Positions 26,456 to 38,734 of a stretch of 64,000 nucleotides of DNA are shown here, one piece after another. The DNA is from Eledone cirrhosa (taxonomy: Eukaryota). The stretch is taken from positions 331,266,001-331,330,000 of the forward strand of contig OZ024743.1 in assembly GCA_964016885.1 (NCBI GenBank). Direction: 5' to 3'. Each line of letters starts with the position of its first letter. The first letter of the stretch is position 1. The notes under the pieces are model-generated. The model was not told the origin of the DNA. It searched no databases and saw only the letters and a list, made by a program, of their open reading frames with translations. The position numbers and the translations under genes were made by a program.

Positions 26456-27649
26456 TATATATATATATATATACATAGAGAGAGAGAGAGAGATACCTTC
26501 TTACCTACCTACATACATATATAAGGTCATTGGTGTTGTCACAGTGGGCCAAAAGTTATAAATAATTTTCAATAGAGTTTCTTTTCACCCACCTTATACA
26601 TACATATGTACACACACATATTGCAGTGGAGATGTGCGGCCTAGTGGTAAGGGTGTTGGACTTATGATCATGTCGTTGGTTTGATTCCTGGGCTGAGTTG
26701 TGTATTGTGTTCTTGAGAAAAACACTTCAATTAACATTGCCCCGGTATACTCAACTGAAAATGACTACCAGCAAGAACTGGAGGTTTAACCCTACAATGG
26801 ACTGGCATCCTGTCCAGGGGAAGGTCTTGTCCTCTCAGTCATTTTATGCCATGAAACTGGGAAAAGCACCTGCCTGATGAGCCTCCTGGCTTGAGACAGA
26901 CTTTAGACTCGACTTAGATATATATTGCTAGAATAAGTTTAAATTAAATATTTCAGTCAGCTCCCATTCCTAGTTACACGTGTCAAGGAACACATCTTGT
27001 CTGTACATTTTTGGCAAGGTTTCTATAGCTGGATGCCCTTCCTAACACCATCTACTTTTATAGAGTGTATTAGGGACATATAATGGCAGCAGCACCTGAG
27101 GAGAGGTACAATTGTTTCTTTACATCACACCACCATATCAACAAAGTTAGCTCTCTTTCAGACATCAGTCAATGCTTTTAATAGCCATTCATTCTGTCAG
27201 CTCACATGTGCTATAACTAGAACATATCTAGTTAGGCTCTTAGAAAACCTTGGCCATGATAGTTATGTATGATATTGAAGAGAGATGAAGGTTTCTTTAT
27301 TAAATTGCTTAATACTACAACCAATTTGAAGATAAATATTTTTCCTACACGAATCACTTATGCTTATAAACTATAATCTCTTTATTATAAAGAGATAAAC
27401 TAAAATGTCCCACTAATGCAAGTTAAAAGAAAAAAAATAATTTAAAAAAATAGACTATATTTCCTAAAACCATTATTTACTGGTGCTGTATATGACAGTA
27501 TAATGTCTAAATATATTGACTCTGGAGCTAAGTGGGTTTAGTTTAAATTCTTGTCCGTATTAACTCAGCTTTTCTTCCTTCTGAAGGTGCATTAGGAGTG
27601 GGGGGGATGGAAGAAAAAATATATGAAAACAGTTCTAAAAATAACGGCT

Positions 27650-28175
27650 GTACTTATAGCTGAATCTATGGAGGAGCTAGAGAATAAATTCCTACTGTGG
27701 AAACAGGACTTAGAAACAAAACAATTCAGAGTAAACTTAGAAAAACCAAAGTTCTAGTAAGAAAGAAGACAAGACTCTACTGATACCATTGGGAAAATGG
27801 CCATGTTTGATATGTAGAAATAAAGCTGGTAGGAACTTTATTTGATGTATATAATATAAAACATGTGTACACAAGAGATGCAGTAGGATAGCAGACAGGC
27901 TGACAGAAAATGTAGACTTTGTATATAGATGATGAATGGGGGTAGTTGGTAATAGGACCCCTAGTGTAATAAACTTTCTCCAATCTTGAAAAGGTTGCAC
28001 AGAAGTAGTTGATAGCTTCTGTTACTTATGTGACCTAATTAGCAATAGCAGAAGTTGTTCTGAAAGCATAGTAGTTAGAATATGAACAGGACAGAAAAGT
28101 TGAGTTATTGCTACTGTTAAGAAGAAAGATCAGTTGTATGTTGCCTGCATTGAAAGTGTAAAGCTACATGATGTG
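27650..28175 (+). pseudogene. Highly degenerate RTE fragment including the PHD-like insert
   Basis: IAESMEELENKF..WKQDLE...GKWPCLICRNKAGRNFI*CI*YKTCVHKRCSRI...EVVDSFCYL. Confidence 0.8.
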
Positions 28176-29049
28176 AATAGTTACGGCTCTTTATATTCTG
28201 AGTTCAAATCCCACTAAGGTTAGCTTTGCCTTTTAGCTTTATGGGTTCAATAAAATAAAGTAACAATAACACACTGGGGTTGATTTAATTGACTTTCCCC
28301 TCCCCACAAATATTGGTTTTGTGCCTAAAGTAGAAACAATTATTATCATTATTATTTTGCAATCACATGCTATAGATATTTACACTAAATTTTTTTATCA
28401 AATAATAAATCAATCTCCGGTATTCAACACATATTTCAAGATCCATGCTGTCACCCAACAAGCTTGCTATTTGTATAATGCTAAAGTCTTCTGTCATCTC
28501 TATCTTGACTAAATCATCCTTCAAGACAATGCCCTAAAATCAAATGACTGCAATTGTAAATCCTCGAAAGTTCAAACTGTGATCCATTATGCACCCTTAG
28601 TTTTTATTTATCCTCTTCTACTCTGGTGTCAAATGAGCAGGTTACATCTATAATTCACACCTTTAACCCTTTAGGTACCAACCTGGCCAAAAAACCAGCT
28701 CTGGTTCTATAAATAAAACCACCCAATTTAAAGGGTTCCAATTTAAATTTTAAATCTTCCAACATAATTTATATAAGAACCTCACATTAAGTTACGATCC
28801 TATTAATGAAATAATTAATACTTTTTAGTAAATCCCTCAAAATTCTTCATTAATTAATTAAAATAGTGTGTATTGCATTAGAATTGCAGTCATGAAAGGG
28901 TTAAACAAAACAATATTGGGCTTACAGCACTCAAAGACTTTGTATGTAAAAATACCAAATCAGTTTGACCTTTTTATTTTCCATCACCCTTTCAACTTAA
29001 TGATTATACAATTTGTTTGAGCAATTGAAGCTGAACTACAACAAATTTT

Positions 29050-29495
29050 CCAGTGCATAATGTGAGTATATATCCTTTCTCTGATCCACTCCCAATGTAT
29101 CTCTCCACTGACCACTTCAGTCTCTACATAGAACTTTCCAGATCCACTCCCAAGGTATCTCTCCACTGACCACTTCAGTCTCTACATAGAACTTTCCCTG
29201 GCCTGTTTTTTCTTTGAACCTCTGCATTCTTTCAGCAATTATGTCTTTCTTTTCTTTACCTTCGCCAAGCATTTCTCTTCTTTTAACTTCTTTGATCAAT
29301 GTTAATTTGATGTCCCTTACATACTGTCTTAAACTTGTTACTTCCATGTCAACACAATCTTCTACACTGGTAAAACCTCTCACTCACTCCCTTCTGTAGT
29401 AGATACAACCTCTTTATTTTGTTTAACTCTCTGAACATGGTTAGCATTTTCCTTGTTTTGCAATCCATTTTCTCAAATTCATCCTTCTTCCACAA
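29050..29495 (-). pseudogene. R4/Dong-like LINE fragment (post-RT region) next to (ATT)n, with a 60-bp internal tandem duplication
   Basis: WKKDEFEKMDCKTRKMLTM...RLYL...RGFTSVEDCV...WEWI. Confidence 0.65.
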
Positions 29496-29724
29496 TATTA
29501 TTATTATTATTATAATTATTATTATCAGCAGTATCGATAAAGCATCAAACAACATGCTTTATGACATAGAGTTAACACCCTTTACCTTCTGAGTTCAAAT
29601 CCTGCCGAGGTTAACTTTGCCTTTCATCCTTACGGGGTTAATAAAATAAAGCAACAGTATGTTGGGGACGATTTAATCGACTTTCCCTTCCCCCAAATTA
29701 CTGGCCTTGGGCCTATACTAGAAA

Positions 29725-29755
<31 letters not shown>

Positions 29756-29963
29756 AGGGCGGTGAATTGGCAGTATCGGTAGAGGGTTGGATTATGCTTT
29801 CCAGCATAGTTACGTCCCTTTACGATCTGAGTTCAATTCCCACCGAGGTTAACTTTGCCTTTCATCCTTACGGGGTCGATAAAATAAAGTACCAGTAATG
29901 TACTGGGATAATTTCTGGCCTTGTGCCAAAAAGTAGAAACAATTATTATTATTATTATATTCA

Positions 29964-30170
29964 TTGAGAGATCATACCCCGAGTACTATGGGCATGTGGT
30001 TAGAATGTCTCAGGAAAGAATCCCTGGACAAATTTTATGAGCTTGGCTGGTCTCACTTAGAGATCCAGCCCAATCAGTTAGATATGGTTGTTTTGGACAG
30101 GACCTGCTGGAAGGAGTGTTTGAGGACTCTGGCCCTCTCGGGAATATGTGGGCGAAGAAGAAGATTATCA
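29964..30170 (+). mobile_element. 3' fragment of a second RTE-like (Expander/Rex3-like) LINE family with (AAG)n tail
   Basis: Shared ..GHVVRMSQERI..RPRGRP..W motif. Copies at 32700-32890, 33845-34090 (+) and 37725-38130 (-). Confidence 0.7.
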
Positions 30171-30645
30171 TTATTATTATGGCATGGTTTCTACAGCTGG
30201 ATAACATTCTTAATGACAGTTACTTTATAGAGTCTTTTAGGAGCATTTTATCATGGCACCAGCACAACTACTTTACTGAGTGTGCTTGGTGCCTTATGTA
30301 AGCAAGGTCCAGCTCCAATTAAGTACTGACCTAACCCATCTCACCCCTGACAGCAAGGAAAATAGATGTTAGATGGTATATATATGTTTCTAATTACTGA
30401 GTTGCTTATCCATGAGAGATATGTTGCAATGTTGCAACGTCTCATTTATAAACAGGTGTAAACTGGTGTAAGCATTCAAAAGCACTCTACGTTGGTCATA
30501 TATATATCCAGCAGTACAATAGCGATCAAACACGACAGAGTTTCTTTCTTTGTAACCATAACATCTGTCTTAACATTAGTTCATACATATATATAATGTG
30601 CACATATATACAGGTAAGACACTTTTTCAATCAATCACTTCCTAC

Positions 30646-30783
30646 CTGTTCTGTTAATTGCTTCTCCAGACTATCAATATGTTTCTCTTTTCTCTCCAAT
30701 ACATTCTCCAGTTCTAGAACTCTGTTATTTAAATCCTGTGGCTGCCAATTAATGGCTGCCAAACGCTGTTCCATTAGATTTAA
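30646..30783 (-). CDS. PLEKHH: Exon of PLEKHH1/2 (MAX-1)-like gene, coiled coil: LNLMEQRLAAINWQPQDLNNRVLELENVLERKEKHIDSLEKQLTEQ
   Basis: Acceptor tttttctctttatttacag and donor CAG|gtagga. 138 nt, phase 0-0. Aligns by eye to the PLEKHH N-terminal segment VQVMEDKL...LELQLEEQ (recalled). Confidence 0.85.
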
Positions 30784-31434
30784 CTGTAAATAAAGAGAAA
30801 AAAGTTGATAAACCATTTTGAAAAGACACAAATATAGACAAGGTAATGGTACAATAAACACACATAATTTTGTTTATATTAGATGATGTCATATTTAGAG
30901 TACAATATACTAGTCTGCAGATAGTGAATAATTTGTAACTTTGTTGCTTTGGCCACAAACTTGGGCACTGCCACCCATAACACAGTGGAATGGAAGATAT
31001 CAAAATACTCAGATTTGGATGACAGTTTCCTTATCATGTCAATCACTGTTAAGACATCTGGTATTCTTAACCTACTGACAGCTACAGTGGAAGATATTGA
31101 GATTTATGGGTCGTGACTGTCTACTTCCTTTTCTTGTCAGTAGTTGTCATCGAGTCTTCCAGTGTCCTCATTTCCCAAGCTGCAGTTTTCCTATGCAAAA
31201 TTGGGAAGAGTGCATTCTGTCCGAGGAAAGATCCTCATGAGGGTGAATAACTGATGCAGTGGGTGTTTGAGGCTGGTGCCCAGGCAGCAACGCTTTTGTC
31301 ATCCTATCTACGGAGCACAGCTGAGATGTTATTGCTATTGAAGTACCTTTTCTATGGAAACAGACACAACAATATGGATCAGAACTATCAAAAAAAAATC
31401 AGTGCTAATTCCATGCTTTCTCCATTTTGTCCTG

Positions 31435-31665
31435 AGAGTGTAGGTGAGATAGTCTAATGGGGTTCATTTGGAAAAGTTGGGGTGTAGGAGAGATACAGTG
31501 TCTAGCTAAAGGGGTACATTTGGGAAAGTTGGGGTGTAGGTGAGATATTGAGTCTAGTTAATGGGGTGCATTTGGGTAAGTTGGGGTGTAGGTGAGATAC
31601 AGTGTCTAGTTAATGGGATACATTTGGGAAGGGGTATAGATGAGATATAGAGTCTAGTTAATGGT
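31435..31665. repeat. ~51-bp minisatellite, 4-5 copies
   Basis: Repeated gtgtaggtgagata..gtctagttaatgggg..catttgggaaagttggg. Confidence 0.85.
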
Positions 31666-31809
31666 GCATACTTTAAAACCCATCTGTTTTTTTTTTACTT
31701 CATTTTTTCTCTCAAATTATTATGATGATATTAAAAACATATTTTAAAATGTTAACCCTTTCACTACCAAATCCAAATTCAGGCCCTTCACACTCCTGTT
31801 GGGGGAACC

Positions 31810-32110
31810 TCTCCCTGGTTAAATCAACTGCTCCCTATATCTGGCAATACTTGCCCCTGTGGAGCCAATGTATCAGTTTAGATCAACGTGCAATCTTGCA
31901 TTTGACCACTCTTTGGTTCTTCTCCACTGCCTTGATGTCCACTCTGTCACTCTCATAGTCCACCTGTTGCCTCTGAGATGAGAGACATGGCCAGCCCATC
32001 TATGTTTGCCCTTCTTGATGGTCTCGATTATATCCTTCACTTCAGTCTGCTGTTGAATCAAAGTGTTGCTCTTCCTGCCATATAAGTTGATGCTCAGCAA
32101 ATTTCACTCC
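31810..32110 (-). pseudogene. RTE-clade LINE C-terminal relic (different family)
   Basis: VKDIIETIKKGKHRWAGHVSHLRGNRWTMRVTEW. Confidence 0.7.
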
Positions 32111-32889
32111 GTTTTACATTGTGAAATACACTGTATTTGAATTAAATAGTGAAGAGTTTTGAGGGACTTAAAAACCATTAATTATTTTATTATTAAGATG
32201 GCACTTGTATCATAACTTACAATGTTCTTATATGAAATTCTGCTGGAAGATTTAATTTAGATAGGAACCCTTTAAAATGGGTGGTTTTATTTCATAGAAC
32301 CAGCATTGGTTTGGGGCAGGTTGGTATCAACAAATTTAAATAAATATTAATCATCACAATTCTACAAATTCCATCAGACAGACCAAATTTTATTTTATTT
32401 TTATTTTCTTGTTGTTGACTAAAACCAATACGTAATAAAAAAAAAACCAATATCTAAAACAAACAAAATATGATTAAAACTAGAAATATGTTCCACACTT
32501 GCAGCCACAAGCTAAACTGTCTACATTTCTATTCTATAAATATTCCAGTGTGATTTTAATGTTTTGTTGTGTGTGCACATGTGTGAGTGTACCTGTATGT
32601 GTGTGTGAGGGCCTGTGCATTTGTGTGTATGTGCATGTGTGTAAACATATATATAGATGGATAGACATAAATATAAAAGTCACTGCAGTTAGAGTTGTTA
32701 CTTCTACAAAGTGGGAGATCACAGTTCTGATACTATGGATATTTGGTCAGAATGTCTCAGTAAGAAACAAAAAAAATCGCTGGACAGATTTTATGGGCAA
32801 AACCAACTGGCAGGAGACCTAGAGGTAGACCCCAGCAAGTTGGTTGGATAACATTCATGACAGGACCAACTGTTTGAGGATTCTGCCTA

Positions 32890-33488
32890 GAAGAAGAAGA
32901 AGAAGAAGAAGAAGAAGAAGAAGAAGAAGAAGAAGAAAGAAAAAGAAAAAGAAGAAAAAGAAGTAGAAGAAAAAGAAAAAGAAGAAAAAGAAAAAGAAGA
33001 AAAAGAAGAAAAAGAAGAAAAAAAAAGAAAAAAAGAAAAAGAAGAAAAAGAAAAAGAAGAAAAAGAAAAAGAAGAAAAAGAAAAAGAAGAAAAAGAAGAA
33101 AAAGAAGAAAAAGAAGAAGAAGGAGAAGAAGGAGAAGGAGAAGAAGAAAAAAAAGAAAAAAGAAAAAAAAGAAAAAGAAGAAAAAGAAAAAGAAGGAGAA
33201 GAAGGAGGAGAAGAAGAAAAAGAAAAAGAAGGAGAAGAAGGAGAAGAAGAAAAAGAAAAAGTAGAAGAAGAAGGAGAAGAAGAAGAAGAAGAAGAAGAAA
33301 AAGAAAAAGAAGAAAAAGAAGAAAAAGAAGAAGAAGAAGGAGAAGAAGAAGAAGAAGAAGAAGAAGAAGAAGAAGAAGAAGAAGAAAAAGAAGAAGAAGA
33401 AGAAGAAGAAGAAGAAGAAGAAGAAGAAGAAGAAAAAGAAGAAAAAGAAGAAGAAGAAGAAGAAGAAGAAGAAGAAGAAGACGATGAC
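32890..33488 (+). repeat. ~600-bp polypurine (GAA/GAAAAA/GGA)n tract
   Basis: Almost pure A/G. Directly follows a LINE 3' end. Confidence 0.95.
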
Positions 33489-34912
33489 ATATATATATTG
33501 GTTTTGGAACTCTGTCATTTCTGATATTGAGTACTACAGTTGATTCAACTTGTTAAATTAACATGTAAGTGGTTGAACAGTCTATAGACAAGTGTACCAC
33601 TAACGTATTTCTCAGGAAGATTCAGCATAAGATAGTATTTAACCCTTCTGTTACCATATTCCTATTGAAAGACATTAACTATGATTTTCAAACAATTTTG
33701 AAAATATTAAAGAATTTGGAAGGATTTAGTAATATAACTAAATTTCTTATTATTAAGTTTGTGTTTGGAACATAACTTAACAAAGGTTCTTACATGAGGG
33801 AAAGTTACGGGATAGATATAAATGTTTTAAAATAAACTATGTGTTTAGAATGTTTCAGGAAAGAATCGTTGAACAGATTTTACGGACATAACCAACAGGT
33901 AGGAAACCCAGGAGTAGACTCCGAGCAAGATGGTTGGATTAACATCCATGAGTTTGGCTAGTCTCACTTGGGTATCCAGCTGGATCAGTTGGAGATGGTT
34001 GCATCTGAAAGGACCAACTGGAGGCAGAGTTTGAGGACTCTGCCTCCACAACATTCTCAGGAATAAGTGGGTGAAATGAAAAAGAAGATACAATAAACAA
34101 TGTTATATAATAGAACCAGGAACAGTTTCAGGTGGCTTCGTATCAGAAGTGTTAATGTATTCTTGTTATAAATTTGTGGCAACATTAATCCAAGCAGAAT
34201 TTTCTACATCGGAAATGTTTAAATAAATTTTGTTTTATGTGAAACTGATGCTATGTATAGATTTTACATTTACTTTGTCAATATAGATTCTGTTCTAATA
34301 CAGCGCTATAAATATTCTTCATTGTGTGTGAGTATCAGGTTTAGAATAGGTACAAATGCTGTAAAGTGGTTTGTTACAGGAACTGCATCCTGCATTAGAA
34401 AGCTTGCCAAACAAAGGGTTGGTAGGACCCTTCAGTTGTGTCAAGGACATGACAGCCTCCCTAGTGTTGATGATCTGCATGATAAATGTACTCAGTACAC
34501 ACTGTAAAGTGGTTGATGATAGGAAGGGCATCCAGCCGTAGAAATGTTGCCAAGCAAAGGGTTGCGAGAACCTTTAGTTGTGTCAAAGACATGACAACCT
34601 CTCTTGTGCAATCAGTAGAACGTGAGACCATAAATAAGCGAGATGCAGATCCCTGGCCCATCTGGGAAATCAGAAGCCATATTTCAGTACTGACATAGTT
34701 TATACAGACCTGTCTAACCCTTGATAGCAGGGAAAACGGACATTATAATGACAATGGTGATGAGGATGATGATGACATTACATTCCTGTATGTCGTAGAA
34801 GACAACTAAAAATGTTGGCATTATGAAGGGTATCCAGTTGTAAAACATTGCCAGAAAATAGACCTTCTATTATGGGACTCACATATTTAAAACCTGCTTT
34901 GGCAGTGAAATA

Positions 34913-35110
34913 CTATCCTATCCTCGGTTGTCCAGTGGGATGCCCCACTGGTTCCACACATTGCTTCCATTCACCACGGTCATTTATCATGATCTTCAGT
35001 TCTTCTAGTGTCTCAATCTTTGTGTCGTCTAGTAGAGTGTCCACATAGGTGATTTTTTCCTTCCTCATAGAGTAGGGTCTTGTGTTTCCTACTACTTGCA
35101 CAATCAAAAC
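34913..35110 (-). pseudogene. LINE C-terminal relic (RTE-like)
   Basis: ITYVDTLLDDTKIETLEELKIMINDRGEWKQCV. Confidence 0.55.
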
Positions 35111-36075
35111 CCTACGATGGCAGGGAAAATGCTTGTTGTTGATGCTGTTGTATTGATTTTATGACAGCATTGATCCAAACTAACTTCCAGTTTTATATAA
35201 AAACCTGGTTTTATGAATCGGACAACTATGTAAAGATTTATCAACATTTACTTTGTCAATATAGATTCCATTCTAATATATTTTAATAAAGCAGTGTAAT
35301 ATCTTTTCACTCAATTTTCTCATATATGACAGCAACAATAAGATGAAGATAAACAAGAATGTGATGCATTTCTAAAAGAAGTTTTTCATACAAAGGACCA
35401 GTTTACAGATTTTTATCCTGGGTTTAGAAACCATCAAGTCAATCCCCTAACTCCTTATATATTCCATCTGTTTTTGTAGAAGGAATTCATTAAAAGAGAA
35501 AAATAAAGAAACTAAGGAAAAGCAGGGAAAATGGAAGTGGAAGGGAATTATTTGAAGAATTTACAGTGATGCCTTAAAGGTTGTATCTCTGTTATATCTT
35601 CTAAGATAACATTGCATAAAACTTATTCTCATTCCACAGTTGTAGGATTCAATTCCAAGTGACATAGTAGTGTTGCTTTGGATTAATTTAACATACATAC
35701 ACATATGCTGTTGTTGCCACTACCTCTAGTACTACTACTACTACTACCACTATTACGACAACAACCAACACTAACACCACTAATATTAATACCACCACCA
35801 CCTTCACTACTATTACTACTACCAACACTAGCACCACCAACACCACCACCATCACCAACACCAATACTACCACAACCAATATTGCCAGCACCATCACCAA
35901 TAACACCACCACCACCAACACCACCATCACCACCTCCAACATTACCACCACCACCACCAATACTACTATCACTTCAAAGAAAGACAAAATCCCCACCATT
36001 CTAAATAAACCAGTTACCTAACTGATTGCTGCATTTATTTACTTCAATAGTCAGTAGGAAGAAACACAACACTAG

Positions 36076-36131
<56 letters not shown>

Positions 36132-36152
36132 CCTGTGTGTATATCCCTATGT

Positions 36153-36211
<59 letters not shown>

Positions 36212-36962
36212 AACTTAAGCCAATATAAATAAGTGGACATGTATATATATTGTATGTGCATGTGTGTCTGTGTGCATACATATATGTTTGTGTACATACA
36301 TGTGTGTGTGTGCACAGATATGTGTGTGGATGTATTCTGTGTCCTTAACCATATTTGATTTATAAACTGGGTTGGGATAGGGAGGGAGAGGAAGAGCAGA
36401 AAGGAGAGAGAGACAGATGGATAGGTAAATAGATAGATAGAGAGAATATGAGAGAGTGACCGAGACAGCAATAGACATACAGATAGACAGACAGATAGAT
36501 AGATAGAAAAATAGACAGACAGACAGGTAGATAGACAGATATAGATAGACAGATAGATAGAAAGATAGAGAGACTGACATACAAACAGAGAGAGAGAGAG
36601 AGAGCGAGCAAAGGAGAGGAGAGTGCAATGATCCGATTCTAATTTTCATTCATTAGATAGACTCTGGAGACTTGGAGATTCTGATAAGGAAGGATTCATT
36701 CGGAATGACATTACTGCAGCAAATTGACTGCTGAAAATTGACTCTTTAGTCAAGGAAGTTAGAAAAGACATCTATTTTTCACTTTATATCCAATCACAAT
36801 TGAACTGTGTGAACTTTTTTTTTTTTTTACATGAATCATGATTTATGGACACATCTTCAGCCTGCAAGTAGCAGGGTTGGAAGAGGAGGGAAGATATGTG
36901 TACATATATATACACATATGCATATATATGTGTATATATATATGTTACCTGTGTGAGAGATG

Positions 36963-36994
<32 letters not shown>

Positions 36995-37030
36995 TGTGTA
37001 TATATATATATGTGTATATATATATATATG

Positions 37031-37061
<31 letters not shown>

Positions 37062-37169
37062 GTGTGTATATATATATATGTATATATATATATATGTATA
37101 TATGTGTATATATATCATCATCATCGTCGTTTAACGTCCATATTCCACGCTTGCATGGGTTTGGATGGA

Positions 37170-37227
<58 letters not shown>

Positions 37228-38734
37228 ATGATATATATATATATAGATATATATGTATATATATATATGTATATGTATATGTATATATGTATATATATAT
37301 ATATATATACATACACATATATATATAGCAATAGCTATGTCTAATAGATCTAGAATGATCAGCTGTTAGAATATGGAAAATTGAATCCAATTCAATGACA
37401 TCACAGGTAGCTTTGGAGTAGAAAGTATTATAATTATAAAGAGACAATGGTGGTGGTGGTGGGAGGAGAAGGAGAAGAAGAAAAAAGAAGAAGAGCACCA
37501 CCATCATCACTACACTGTGAGACTGTAGTTGAAATGAAAATACTTGCACAAGGTGTCATACAGTGGAACTTTGTGATACCTTGGGCAAGGATGTTGGTTT
37601 CAGGTTCAGTCACACCGTGTAAGTTGTTTTATAGCATGAGCACACAACTCTTTATATTAAATATTTATTTATTTGAAATTTAAAAATATGAGTGTTCAGA
37701 GGCAAATGACCATTATAATAGTCTTCTTCTTCTTCACCCACTTATTACTGAGAGGGTTGAGGGCAGGGCAGAGTCCTCAAAACATTCCTTCCAGCAGGTC
37801 CTGTCAGAAGCAGCTGTCTCCAACTGACCAGCCAAGCTCATGGACATTATCCAACCAACTTTGCTTGGGGTATACCCCTGGGTTTCCTGCCAGTTGGTTT
37901 TACCCATAAAACCTGTCCTGTCCAGCGATTCTTTCCTGAGACATTCTAACCACATGTCCATAATATTGGAGCTGTGATCTCTCAATTTGGAGAAGTAGCA
38001 GCTCTATTTGAAGAGACTCTGTGATCTCTGAGTTGCAAATCTGTCCAGCAATTCTTTCCTGAGACATTCTAACCACATGCCCATAGTATTGTAGCTGTGA
38101 TCTCTCAATTTGGAGAAGTAGCTGCTCTACCTAGAGTGATTCTAGTCAATCACTATAAATAATAGTTAAGAAAATTGGGTAAAATACCCCTGGAGATGGA
38201 AGAGGGTAGACAGAGGCACCAGTGAGGAATTGAAACCCTCATCTCTCAGATGCTGGCAGACTGTGTGTATTTTAGGAGTTTCTATTCTTAAATTGATCTA
38301 TTTGTTGATTATTACATCAATTTCTCAATTGATCTCTGCATTAATTATTGATCAAATTACTATTACATTCATTAATTATATTGGATAGCATTTTAAACTT
38401 TCATTGTTTATTTCTCTCAATACTGCTCAGGCACTTTAACCCTTTAACTGTTATATTTCTAATGAATTACTCTAACTAGATGTGATTTAATTAATTAGGA
38501 AAATAATCAAGAAACTGGAGGAATGGAACAAATTAGTTAACATTGTCATTATTAATCTCATTTTGAGATGTAATTAAAAGATTCTTATCTAAAATTATGA
38601 CTGAAGGTTTTAATTTAATTATGAATATTTGTTCAAATAAATAAATTTCTATCATAGAACTAGATATGGTAGGTTATTATAGAAATGGTGGTGGTGGTGG
38701 TCTAGGTTTGGTGAGTACCATAGCACTACGGCCA

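Noticed and set aside
26868-26900. CTGATGA-GCC..GGC hammerhead-like motif
   Set aside because: Lacks the GAAA box and lies in a SINE 3' region.
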